A stretch of DNA of 58,087 nt from a virus. Of the stretch, positions 23,564 to 31,258 are shown piece after piece (position 1 is the stretch's first letter; each line of letters opens with the position of its first letter). Under the pieces are notes generated by a model that was not told where the DNA came from, searched no databases, and saw only the letters and a program-made list of their open reading frames with translations. The stretch spans positions 1-58,087 of the IMG/VR virus record IMGVR_UViG_3300035128_000037. One strand, 5' to 3'. A program made the position numbers and the translations under genes.

Positions 23564-24676
23564 GTGATAGGTTTCAGTGGCTTGAATTATTACAACGACA
23601 ACGACAAATTTTCAGTAAAATGGCTAAGGTGTCTGATCGAGTCAAATCTAATACCGCACGGTGAAGTCGATGACAGAAGCATCACAGAAATCAAACCAGC
23701 AGAACTTAAAGGATTTAATCAATGTCACTTTTTCGCAGGCATTGGAGGATGGTCTTACGCACTTGCATTGGCTGATTGGCCCAGGAACAGACAAGTGTGG
23801 ACCGGAAGCTGCCCATGCCAGCCATTCAGTGTCGCGGGGAAAGGCGAAGGAATTAGAGACGATAGACACCTTTGGCCCGCTTTTCGGTGGCTTATCGCGC
23901 AATGCAGACCTGCAACAGTATTTGGAGAGCAGGTTGCGAGCCTCGATGGACGTGAATGGCTCGCTGGAGTACGTCTTGACCTGGAAGCGATGGGATATCG
24001 ATTCGGGGCCGCCGATCTGTGCGCTGCGGGCGTCGGCGCGCCGCACATACGGCAACGACTTTGGTGGGTGGCCGACTCCAACCAGCAAGGAAAAAGCTGG
24101 TGGGGAATACAAAGACCCGGAAAAAGCTTTGAAGCGTGCTCTGGGTCCGCATGCAAACGATCTTCGGGATTTTGCGCAAATGGCGGGGTGGCCCACACCA
24201 ACAGATTCAATGATGACAGAACAGGACATGGCACAGGCGATGACGGCCGGAAACAGTCTGAAACGAAAGGGCTATCAGGAGTCGAAGATTTTTTCGGGAT
24301 GGCAGACACCATCCGCAACGGACGGAAAGAGAGGAGGAATAGGGATCACGGATGGAATGACAGGGCAGAGTCTTACCCAAATGGCGAAAATGACCGGTTG
24401 GCCGACCCCAACAGCAACGGATTCATCAAAGAGAGGGAGCGTATCACCGAGACCTGGGATGATGGGTTTGTCGGAAACGGCCCCGCTTTCTGGGAAAATA
24501 GCAGAATCGTCATATGTAGGGACGGAAAAAATAGACGGATACCGGCTGAACCCCGCTTTTTCCCTTTGGCTGATGGGTTACCCACCGGAACTGTGGGCCT
24601 ACTGCGTGGTGCCGGAAATGCGATCAATCCATACGTTGGCGCAAAGTTTATAGAGGCGTTTTTATCAATTCAGTGA
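23564..24676 (+). CDS. DNA (cytosine-5)-methyltransferase (frame 2 reading)
   Basis: Motif I FFAGIGGWS, IV GSCPCQPFSVAGKG, VI VFGEQV, VIII GAPHIRQRLWWVA and X GAGNAINPYVGAKFI are all in this frame. Confidence 0.8.
   Translation: MIGFSGLNYYNDNDKFSVKWLRCLIESNLIPHGEVDDRSITEIKPAELKGFNQCHFFAGIGGWSYALALADWPRNRQVWTGSCPCQPFSVAGKGEGIRDDRHLWPAFRWLIAQCRPATVFGEQVASLDGREWLAGVRLDLEAMGYRFGAADLCAAGVGAPHIRQRLWWVADSNQQGKSWWGIQRPGKSFEACSGSACKRSSGFCANGGVAHTNRFNDDRTGHGTGDDGRKQSETKGLSGVEDFFGMADTIRNGRKERRNRDHGWNDRAESYPNGENDRLADPNSNGFIKERERITETWDDGFVGNGPAFWENSRIVICRDGKNRRIPAEPRFFPLADGLPTGTVGLLRGAGNAINPYVGAKFIEAFLSIQ
23661..24653 (+). CDS. Alternate-frame (frame 3) ORF inside the methyltransferase gene, with GW(P/Q)TP(T/S) repeats
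   Basis: 330 codons open. Four GWPTPT-type repeats differ mainly at frame-3 third codon positions. Ends with LNPAFSLWLMGYPPELW. Confidence 0.4.
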   Translation: MKSMTEASQKSNQQNLKDLINVTFSQALEDGLTHLHWLIGPGTDKCGPEAAHASHSVSRGKAKELETIDTFGPLFGGLSRNADLQQYLESRLRASMDVNGSLEYVLTWKRWDIDSGPPICALRASARRTYGNDFGGWPTPTSKEKAGGEYKDPEKALKRALGPHANDLRDFAQMAGWPTPTDSMMTEQDMAQAMTAGNSLKRKGYQESKIFSGWQTPSATDGKRGGIGITDGMTGQSLTQMAKMTGWPTPTATDSSKRGSVSPRPGMMGLSETAPLSGKIAESSYVGTEKIDGYRLNPAFSLWLMGYPPELWAYCVVPEMRSIHTLAQSL

Positions 24677-24709
24677 CCAAGGGTGCGAATTAAAAAAAGG
24701 GATTTATCC

Positions 24710-25063
24710 ATGAGATATCCAATAGCGAGAGGAAGGACCAGGCAGCCGAAAAACGGCCCCAACAAAACAGAGCAGGAATACGCCGATAGGCTTGAGCAGA
24801 TGCGAATGTGTGGTTTGGTTTTGTGGTACGGATACGAAAAGATAAAGCTGAAGCTGGCCAACAGAACATTCTTTACAGTAGACTTTTTTGTGATGAACAA
24901 GGATAGAGAGCTTGAGGCCCATGAGGTCAAGGGTGGATTCTGGGAAGACGACGCCAGGGTAAAAATAAAAGTGGCTGCTGAGCAGTTCCCGATCTTTAGG
25001 TTTATAGCTGCCCAAAAATTACCTAAGAGCAAAGGCGGTGGTTGGAAAATAGAGGAGTTCTGA
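24710..25063 (+). CDS. DUF1064-like PD-(D/E)xK nuclease (resolvase-like)
   Basis: NKTEQEYADRLE...FFTVDFFV...EAHEVKG layout is typical of DUF1064. Confidence 0.5.
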   Translation: MRYPIARGRTRQPKNGPNKTEQEYADRLEQMRMCGLVLWYGYEKIKLKLANRTFFTVDFFVMNKDRELEAHEVKGGFWEDDARVKIKVAAEQFPIFRFIAAQKLPKSKGGGWKIEEF

Positions 25064-25110
25064 TAGGACAAAACGGAGGTTAATTAATGAAACACCACAG
25101 GAGGAAAAAG

Positions 25111-25986
25111 ATGTTCAAATTAAATAACATCAAGAATACGATTATTTTTTTTACAGCAGCCTTGTCAATCAGCATTCTTTTTGCTTGCTCATCACCAGCT
25201 GAGGTCAATGTAGCTGACTATGGAAATGATGATGAGGCAATTTATGAGGCAATATCTATCGTCGCAGAGGGTGGTATTGTGAACCTTCCTCCAGTATCAT
25301 ACATAAACGAGCCGATACTTGTCGACAAGAGGGTAACGATTCGTGGAGAAGGTCACACAATGTCACTTTCCGGAGGTGCCGCAACCATTGCATATAAGAC
25401 AGAATACTGTTCAGGGCCGGCGTTCATCGTAGTTATTGACGGCGTTGTCGTTGAAAACTTTTATCTGAGGGGAGAAACAGGGAACATTGATTGCGGAATA
25501 AGGGTTAATGCATCAAGATTCACTGCTCGAAATATGACTATATCCCACATGGGAAAAGACGGCCTAAGAATCGGAGACGTTGAAAATAACTGTAATTATT
25601 GGAGATTAGACAATGTTTATACTGTCGCAAATCTCCAGCACGGGATTCATATTCACTCAGACTACAGAAATGCAAATTGTGGTGTCGCAACGCTGTTGAT
25701 ATCGAGAGATAACGCGGTTGACGGAGTTCGCCTCGGAATATGCACGGGTAATATATTCCAATCTGTAAATTCATCAGCAAACGGCGGATATGGTATCAGG
25801 TTCGGTGACGATGCCAGGGGAAACATAGTTATTGGTGGCAATATCGAAAGAAATGCAAATGATGCTCAGGTTAAATTCGATATCGGATCTTCCGGAAACG
25901 TCGTCAAGTATATGAGACTCGACAACGGAGCATGGTCAGACAATGGGAGCTTGAACGATATTGGTGTTGGTTTTGATTTGAGGTGA
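25111..25986 (+). CDS. Lipoprotein with right-handed beta-helix (pectate-lyase-like) domain
   Basis: AGGAGG SD then ATG 25111. Lipobox ILFAC. NVADYGNDDEAIYEAI...GGIVNLPP start and repetitive G-N/D-I/V coils. Confidence 0.6.
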   Translation: MFKLNNIKNTIIFFTAALSISILFACSSPAEVNVADYGNDDEAIYEAISIVAEGGIVNLPPVSYINEPILVDKRVTIRGEGHTMSLSGGAATIAYKTEYCSGPAFIVVIDGVVVENFYLRGETGNIDCGIRVNASRFTARNMTISHMGKDGLRIGDVENNCNYWRLDNVYTVANLQHGIHIHSDYRNANCGVATLLISRDNAVDGVRLGICTGNIFQSVNSSANGGYGIRFGDDARGNIVIGGNIERNANDAQVKFDIGSSGNVVKYMRLDNGAWSDNGSLNDIGVGFDLR

Positions 25987-26019
25987 TCTATGAACTGACA
26001 AAATATTGGAGGATTAACC

Positions 26020-26322
26020 ATGGAATTAATTATTATAATGTCATTATTTTTTGTGTTTATAGGGTTTTGCTTTTTTATGATCGCAAGGGCTCATTGGGTG
26101 TATGATCGTCAGATTGAGTGGAATCAAAAAGTTTACGATATGAGGAGTGCACTAATCGGCCGAAGAGATTACAAAACTCTTGTATTGTATGGATATGATG
26201 AACTTTTCGGTTCCATTATGTCATTTAATAAGATGATGTTGTATTTCTGGAGGTTCGATCTTAAAAAAATGGTTGTCGATTTGGATAAGTTTAACTTTGT
26301 TATCAATGGAGGTAGACCATGA
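26020..26322 (+). CDS. Membrane protein
   Basis: N-terminal TM segment LIIIMSLFFVFIGFCFFMI. Confidence 0.55.
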   Translation: MELIIIMSLFFVFIGFCFFMIARAHWVYDRQIEWNQKVYDMRSALIGRRDYKTLVLYGYDELFGSIMSFNKMMLYFWRFDLKKMVVDLDKFNFVINGGRP

Positions 26323-26699
26323 ACGAGCAATTACAACAAGCATTAGCGGATTTAATCAACAAGGGTGTTCAGAGCGCCGAAAAGGCGGGGGATTTTTTGC
26401 TGTCGGAGCTTCCTGGTGTGGTGCAACAGGTTATGGCGTGGAATTTCGTGTGGAGCTTGATTTGGTTTTGTTTGGGTGTTTTTTTAATTCCTGTTGTTAT
26501 CTGGGCAAACGTTAAAATTGTGAAAAAAATCGAAATAGAATATTGGGATGGGAGTGATTGGTTTCTCGTTTGTCTTGTTGATCTTGTTTTTCTTTTCCCA
26601 AGTGTATTATTAATATCGAAAAACTTTGATTGGCTAAAGATATGGCTTGCGCCAAAGGTATGGCTGATTGAATACGCCGCAAACCTTGTAAAGCAATAG
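26319..26699 (+). CDS. Membrane protein (about 3 TM)
   Basis: Hydrophobic segments VWSLIWFCLGVFLIPVVIW and FLVCLVDLVFLFPSVLLI. Confidence 0.55.
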   Translation: MNEQLQQALADLINKGVQSAEKAGDFLLSELPGVVQQVMAWNFVWSLIWFCLGVFLIPVVIWANVKIVKKIEIEYWDGSDWFLVCLVDLVFLFPSVLLISKNFDWLKIWLAPKVWLIEYAANLVKQ

Positions 26700-26712
26700 G
26701 GGGGGGTAGACC

Positions 26713-26961
26713 ATGACAGACAAAACAGACCAAGAATTTTACACAATGGAATATACTTGCTCCAACTGTGGGGCGTCTTTTCAGCGCCAAGTTCCAAAGG
26801 GCGAGGTGGCTTGGGGTAAAGGGGGCACTTGCCCTTATTGTGGATGTGTTGACAAAAGGATAAGTGTGGCTGATCGGTTCAGATACAAAAGGCCAGCGCT
26901 GGTGAGATGGACTAATATGTACGTGGTATTACCCCCAAATAAAAAATTTTTTGTGCGGTAA
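26713..26961 (+). CDS. Zinc-ribbon protein
   Basis: CSNCG...CPYCGC. Confidence 0.55.
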   Translation: MTDKTDQEFYTMEYTCSNCGASFQRQVPKGEVAWGKGGTCPYCGCVDKRISVADRFRYKRPALVRWTNMYVVLPPNKKFFVR

Positions 26962-26979
26962 AAAATGGAGGATTGGATA

Positions 26980-27570
26980 ATGACATACAAAACAGAAAAA
27001 CAAAGAGAAACAATCGAGATAGACGTCAAGCGGTATGAGGTGTTTTGTGGGTGTAATGATGAACAAAGGGCATACCTAACAAGGGGTGGCACAGCTAATT
27101 GGGAGGGATCGACAAAGTGCTCCAAATGCGGATTATGGAAGTGGTACTACCCCGACAAACCACTTACCGAAAAACCCTACGCAATGGTCCCGCTCGGTGA
27201 CGAAAGGAAAATGGCTCGTGTTAATTTCGGAGAAGTTTTAGAGGGTTACAATGAAAACGATATTAAGGTTGGTATAAAAACAAAATATACAGAATACACC
27301 GGAAGATTCTGTGGATTCGATCACGAAATTGGGTATTTTGTTTTAGATACATACAATTACGGTACTGTAAAGTGCAGATTCTGCCGGCGACTAAAACCAA
27401 TACCACCGAAAATCGATATGCTCACACCGGTATACATAAACTCAAGCCAACGAGGTCTATTCACCGGTTTTGATGATGATGGAAACCCGACTATTGCTCG
27501 GATTGAAACTGTACCACGCATCCAGCTTCCGGACGGAACTTGGTATACATCGTTAGAAAAAAACTCTTGA
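26980..27570 (+). CDS. Cys-rich protein immediately upstream of the late promoter-terminator unit (candidate late regulator)
   Basis: GGAGGA SD then ATG 26980. CGC...CSKCG cluster. Position is analogous to lambdoid Q. Confidence 0.5.
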   Translation: MTYKTEKQRETIEIDVKRYEVFCGCNDEQRAYLTRGGTANWEGSTKCSKCGLWKWYYPDKPLTEKPYAMVPLGDERKMARVNFGEVLEGYNENDIKVGIKTKYTEYTGRFCGFDHEIGYFVLDTYNYGTVKCRFCRRLKPIPPKIDMLTPVYINSSQRGLFTGFDDDGNPTIARIETVPRIQLPDGTWYTSLEKNS

Positions 27571-27576
27571 TATAAT
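27568..27576 (+). promoter_or_regulatory. Extended -10 promoter element TGATATAAT
   Basis: Perfect TGnTATAAT overlapping the stop codon at 27568-27570. Confidence 0.45.
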
Positions 27577-27622
27577 AAAAAATCGCATTTAAGATATAGG
27601 CTATTCCTTCATCCCTGGTTTC

Positions 27623-27660
27623 GGCCTCTCGGACCTACATAGGCCGGGAGGCCTTTTTTT
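27623..27660 (+). terminator. Rho-independent terminator upstream of terS
   Basis: GGCCTCTC (27623-27630) pairs with GGGAGGCC (27646-27653) with one G-U pair, followed by T7 (27654-27660). Confidence 0.7.
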
Positions 27661-27675
27661 AGGAGTTTAGATAGC

Positions 27676-28293
27676 ATGGTAAAGCGAGTCGATTGGGTCC
27701 CTATAGAACGCGAGATACGCGCCGGCCAACTATCCAACCGAGAAATTGCCCGTCAATACGACATTTCCGAAACAGCTATCCGAAAGAGAATAAAATCAAG
27801 AGGTATAAAGAGGGACTTGTCAAAGCGGGTGCGAGAGGAGGTTCGCACAAAACTGGTTCGCGGAGACGTTCGCACCGACAATGCGAACACAGATTCGGTA
27901 TCAGATGATCAGATTGTTGACGAGGCGTCTGACAGGGCATTAAGTATTGTTAGGTCACACCGTAAGTCGATCTTAAGCGGAAGGGTAATAGCAAACCAGC
28001 TTTCAGACCAATTGTCGCTCGTAGCCGACAACCGCGAGGCCATAGAGCAGGCCATAATTGACGACACTCCACCGGATGAAAACGGAAAGATCGATATCAA
28101 AAGGCGAAACGCCATGTTAAAGGCGGTCTCGCTTCCTGCCCATGCAGGCGTATTGAGGGATCTTTCTGTTGTTTTGAAAAACATCATACCCCTTGAGAGA
28201 CAGGCGTTCAATATAGACGAGACTGCAGACAGCGACGGTCCGGACGCCGTTTTGATTTCGTATCGAAAGAAAGACCAGGATGACGAAAAATAG
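27676..28293 (+). CDS. terS: Terminase small subunit
   Basis: N-terminal HTH (LSNREIARQYDISETAIRKRIK). 205 aa, directly upstream of and overlapping terL. Confidence 0.7.
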   Translation: MVKRVDWVPIEREIRAGQLSNREIARQYDISETAIRKRIKSRGIKRDLSKRVREEVRTKLVRGDVRTDNANTDSVSDDQIVDEASDRALSIVRSHRKSILSGRVIANQLSDQLSLVADNREAIEQAIIDDTPPDENGKIDIKRRNAMLKAVSLPAHAGVLRDLSVVLKNIIPLERQAFNIDETADSDGPDAVLISYRKKDQDDEK

Positions 28294-30805
28294 CATACCG
28301 AATTTCGATACCGAAATAGCAAAGTTTCAGCCTAAGCAGGTGTCTGCGCTTGATCACCTTGACTCAGGAATGATCAAGTTTTTGCTTTATGGTGGTGCAC
28401 TCGGGGGTGGGAAAAGCTATTTTCTCAGGTGGTACGCAGTTCGCAGGTTGATGATTTTGTTCTCATGGGGGTTCAAAGGGGCGGTAGGAATGATCGCCTG
28501 TGAGAATTATCCTTCACTGAAGGACAGGCAAATCTCTAAGATTGGCGTAGAGTTCCCATCTTGGCTCGGAAAATACTACGACAAGCACAAATTATACAGC
28601 AGCTGCTTCATTCTCGACAAAAGATGGGGGTCTGGTGTAATCTGTTTCAGAAACCTTGACGATCCAGCAAAGTACGCATCATCCGAGTTCGCATTCATCC
28701 TTGTCGATGAGCTCACCAAAAACAAAATTGAGGTATTCACGTTTTTAAGAACACGACTCAGGTGGCCAGGGCTTCCAGACGTTGAGTGCCAGTTTGTCGG
28801 GGCTTCCAACCCGGGATCGGTCGGCCATGGATGGGTAAAAGCGCTTTGGATGGATGGAGTATTCGGAAAAGAATGGATCGAGCCTATAGATTATCGAGGC
28901 ATGTTCGCATATGTTCCTTCGACCGCGGCCGACAACAAATATCTTGGGGATGATTATTGGGCTATGCTTTCGTCGTTGCCGGAAAATATCAGAGAGGCCT
29001 TCAAGGACGGCAATTGGAATGTGTTTGTTGGTCAGGCCTTCCCCCAATTCAATCGAGAAACCCACGTTATAAGGCCAACTAAGATACCGGAAAATGCCCC
29101 GATGTACACCACGTTCGATTGGGGGTACGGGAAACCGTTCTCCTGGGGCTGGTGGTGGGTCGACACAGACGGCAGGATATACCGTTTTGCTGAGTGGTAC
29201 GGGTGGTGCGACATTCCAAACGAGGGTTTGAGGCTTTCGGATAAAGATATTGCAATCGGAGTTCTTGAGCGTGAAAAGCAGCTTGGAATAAAGAGGTCAC
29301 AGATAACCGCAAGTCTTGCCGGACACGACTGCTGGAATAAGAAACCAGATTATAAAGGCGGCGGCCAGGGACCATCGACCGCAGATGTATTTGCGTCTTT
29401 CGGTATTTACATGACGCCAGGAGATTCTTCCAGGGCATTAAAGATCAGGCAATTCCGAGAGCGCCTACGGGTTCCAACTGACGGCAGTATGCCGATGATG
29501 ATGATCAGCAATACATGCAAGCAATTTATCAGAACCATAAGCGACCTCGTTGTCGACGAGAACAATATCGAGGACGTTGAAACAGATGGCGAAGATCACT
29601 GTATTGCGGGTGGGACGATGGTTTGCACACCATGGGGGTTGATCGCAATCAGAGATCTTGTCGGCACCCATGGTCTTGTCCTAACGGCAGGTGGGTATTG
29701 GACGGATTTCGACGGGTGCAGTCTCACGCGCCGCGATGCAGAAACGGTTAAAGTCTCTTTTTCAGATGGTAGGTCAATAACATGCACGCCTGACCATAAA
29801 TTTCTAACAAAAAAAGGATATTGGGTTTCTGCAAAATGGTTGCTTGACGAAGAATGCCATGATAGTATCGGCCTCAAAAAACACATCAAGGAAGCGCTAT
29901 CATGCGGGTCAAAATCATCAGCGATACAACGCAGGAGTTTGACGGCAAACGGTACTGGTTGTGCGGGTTCTATTATCAACGCAAAGGGTCGAGGCTACAT
30001 CGGGCAGTTTGGGAATACCACAACGGCCCTATCCCCAATGGAGCACACATTCACCACCGAGACAAAAACAGATCAAACAACCAGCCAGAGAACCTCGAAT
30101 GCAATCGGTCCACGCGACACATGTCGTTACATGCCAGGCAAAACGACCATTCGTCCTGGCAAGCCTCCATGCGTCAAGGCGCGGCGAAGTGGCATAGAAG
30201 CGATGCGGGCCGCGAATGGCACAAAGAACAGTACGAAAAACACTGCAAGAAGGCTCTTAACCAGGTGGTCCGAAAATCATGCGAATACTGTGGCACTGAA
30301 TTCGAAGGTAAAAAATACGCCCGGTTCTGTACTCGCCGTTGTCAGCAGAAGAATTGGTACGAATCGCAACGATCTGAACGGGAGTGCTCCGTTTGCGGTG
30401 TGGCGTTTATCGGAAGCGGACGCGCTTGTTCGAAATCTTGTGCTGCAAGACTCGCATGGGAGAAGCGCAAGGGTTGTTAGCGTAACCCCCTCTGGACGAC
30501 AAGACGTTTATTGCCTCAATGCCGCCATTACCCACGCATTTGCTGTGGAGGGCGGCATTGTTGTTCATAATTGCTACGACGAGGCGGCCCTCCTGTGCAT
30601 GTATCGGCCGCTTAGCCTCGAAATGCCGGAAGCGCCAAAAGCATCTCATGACAAACGAATCGAAAACCTTTACCGCGGCGACCAGGACGATTACGAGGAG
30701 AACGCTGCATACGAGCAGGAATGGGCCATGAGATACCTGGGGGCCGGAGAAAGCGACATAGACGCGGAGGAATACGACGATGGAGACCTTGTTAGGACAA
30801 TATAA
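28280..30805 (+). CDS. terL: Terminase large subunit containing an intein
   Basis: Walker A-like GGALGGGKS and Walker B ILVDE. Nuclease region ...ETDGEDH / CYDEAALLCMY is interrupted by a Hint-type insertion. Confidence 0.85.
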   Translation: MTKNSIPNFDTEIAKFQPKQVSALDHLDSGMIKFLLYGGALGGGKSYFLRWYAVRRLMILFSWGFKGAVGMIACENYPSLKDRQISKIGVEFPSWLGKYYDKHKLYSSCFILDKRWGSGVICFRNLDDPAKYASSEFAFILVDELTKNKIEVFTFLRTRLRWPGLPDVECQFVGASNPGSVGHGWVKALWMDGVFGKEWIEPIDYRGMFAYVPSTAADNKYLGDDYWAMLSSLPENIREAFKDGNWNVFVGQAFPQFNRETHVIRPTKIPENAPMYTTFDWGYGKPFSWGWWWVDTDGRIYRFAEWYGWCDIPNEGLRLSDKDIAIGVLEREKQLGIKRSQITASLAGHDCWNKKPDYKGGGQGPSTADVFASFGIYMTPGDSSRALKIRQFRERLRVPTDGSMPMMMISNTCKQFIRTISDLVVDENNIEDVETDGEDHCIAGGTMVCTPWGLIAIRDLVGTHGLVLTAGGYWTDFDGCSLTRRDAETVKVSFSDGRSITCTPDHKFLTKKGYWVSAKWLLDEECHDSIGLKKHIKEALSCGSKSSAIQRRSLTANGTGCAGSIINAKGRGYIGQFGNTTTALSPMEHTFTTETKTDQTTSQRTSNAIGPRDTCRYMPGKTTIRPGKPPCVKARRSGIEAMRAANGTKNSTKNTARRLLTRWSENHANTVALNSKVKNTPGSVLAVVSRRIGTNRNDLNGSAPFAVWRLSEADALVRNLVLQDSHGRSARVVSVTPSGRQDVYCLNAAITHAFAVEGGIVVHNCYDEAALLCMYRPLSLEMPEAPKASHDKRIENLYRGDQDDYEENAAYEQEWAMRYLGAGESDIDAEEYDDGDLVRTI
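29600..30571 (+). mobile_element. Intein in TerL (Cys1 ... VVHN / Cys+1)
   Basis: The N-terminal block begins CIAGGTMVC (TGT at 29600). The C-terminal blocks read DVYCLNAAITHAFAVEGGIVVHN then C (TGC 30572). Total 324 codons. Confidence 0.8.
29902..30480 (+). CDS. HNH (HNH_3-type) homing endonuclease nested in the intein in a different reading frame
   Basis: Frame 1 ORF with AAGGAAG SD. LHRAVWEYHNGPIPNGAHIHHRDKNRSNNQPENLE...H, plus CEYCG...CTRRC and CSVCG...CSKSC modules. Confidence 0.75.
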   Translation: MRVKIISDTTQEFDGKRYWLCGFYYQRKGSRLHRAVWEYHNGPIPNGAHIHHRDKNRSNNQPENLECNRSTRHMSLHARQNDHSSWQASMRQGAAKWHRSDAGREWHKEQYEKHCKKALNQVVRKSCEYCGTEFEGKKYARFCTRRCQQKNWYESQRSERECSVCGVAFIGSGRACSKSCAARLAWEKRKGC

Positions 30806-31022
30806 AGAAGCCATCCTGCTGCTTTTCCAGCTGGGGATCGTGACATTCTTCCTTCTGCTGGGGTATGTTCTCGGCAGAAACTCAGCAGACCGGCCAGTTG
30901 TTGCTGTTCGCCGGCCGCGGCCGATCATCGATGACCAGGTATATGACGATCTATCATTGAGTCCGTTCGATGAGGCCATGCTTGATGACGAGGAAGACGA
31001 GAAAAGGATTGCGACGGCATGA
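30780..31022 (+). CDS. Small membrane protein with acidic tail
   Basis: TM segment ILLLFQLGIVTFFLLLGYVL; overlaps the terL end. Confidence 0.5.
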   Translation: METLLGQYKEAILLLFQLGIVTFFLLLGYVLGRNSADRPVVAVRRPRPIIDDQVYDDLSLSPFDEAMLDDEEDEKRIATA

Positions 31023-31258
31023 GCAATATACTTAACGGGATGATCGGAAAGCTGGGGGATGAGCAAATCAGTTTTGTCGTAAATAGCGCTTGTGAGAAGG
31101 GAAATGCGTTTATAATCGACACGAACCAAATTTTTGGACACGGCCTTTCCGGTATCAACATCAGCAAGGCCATGGGCCGTCCTCGCTTCGTGTGCGTCGC
31201 CAACAACGAAAAAGAGCTGGAAATCGCTAGAAATAAAATCATGGAGGCCGATAAGTGA
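31019..31258 (+). CDS. Hypothetical protein
   Basis: 79-aa ORF with coupled start and stop codons. Confidence 0.55.
   Translation: MSNILNGMIGKLGDEQISFVVNSACEKGNAFIIDTNQIFGHGLSGINISKAMGRPRFVCVANNEKELEIARNKIMEADK

Noticed and set aside
23648-24318. Three minus-strand ORFs (23648..24229, 23755..24318, 23892..24179) antisense to the methyltransferase
   Set aside because: The local sequence is GC- and purine-rich and depleted in stop codons in most frames. None of them has motifs or start signals. Only the same-strand frame-3 ORF shows repeat-based evidence of constraint.
30407-31141. 244-aa minus-strand ORF antisense to the terL 3' end and downstream genes
   Set aside because: It is on the opposite strand to the whole late operon, with no SD and a low-complexity translation
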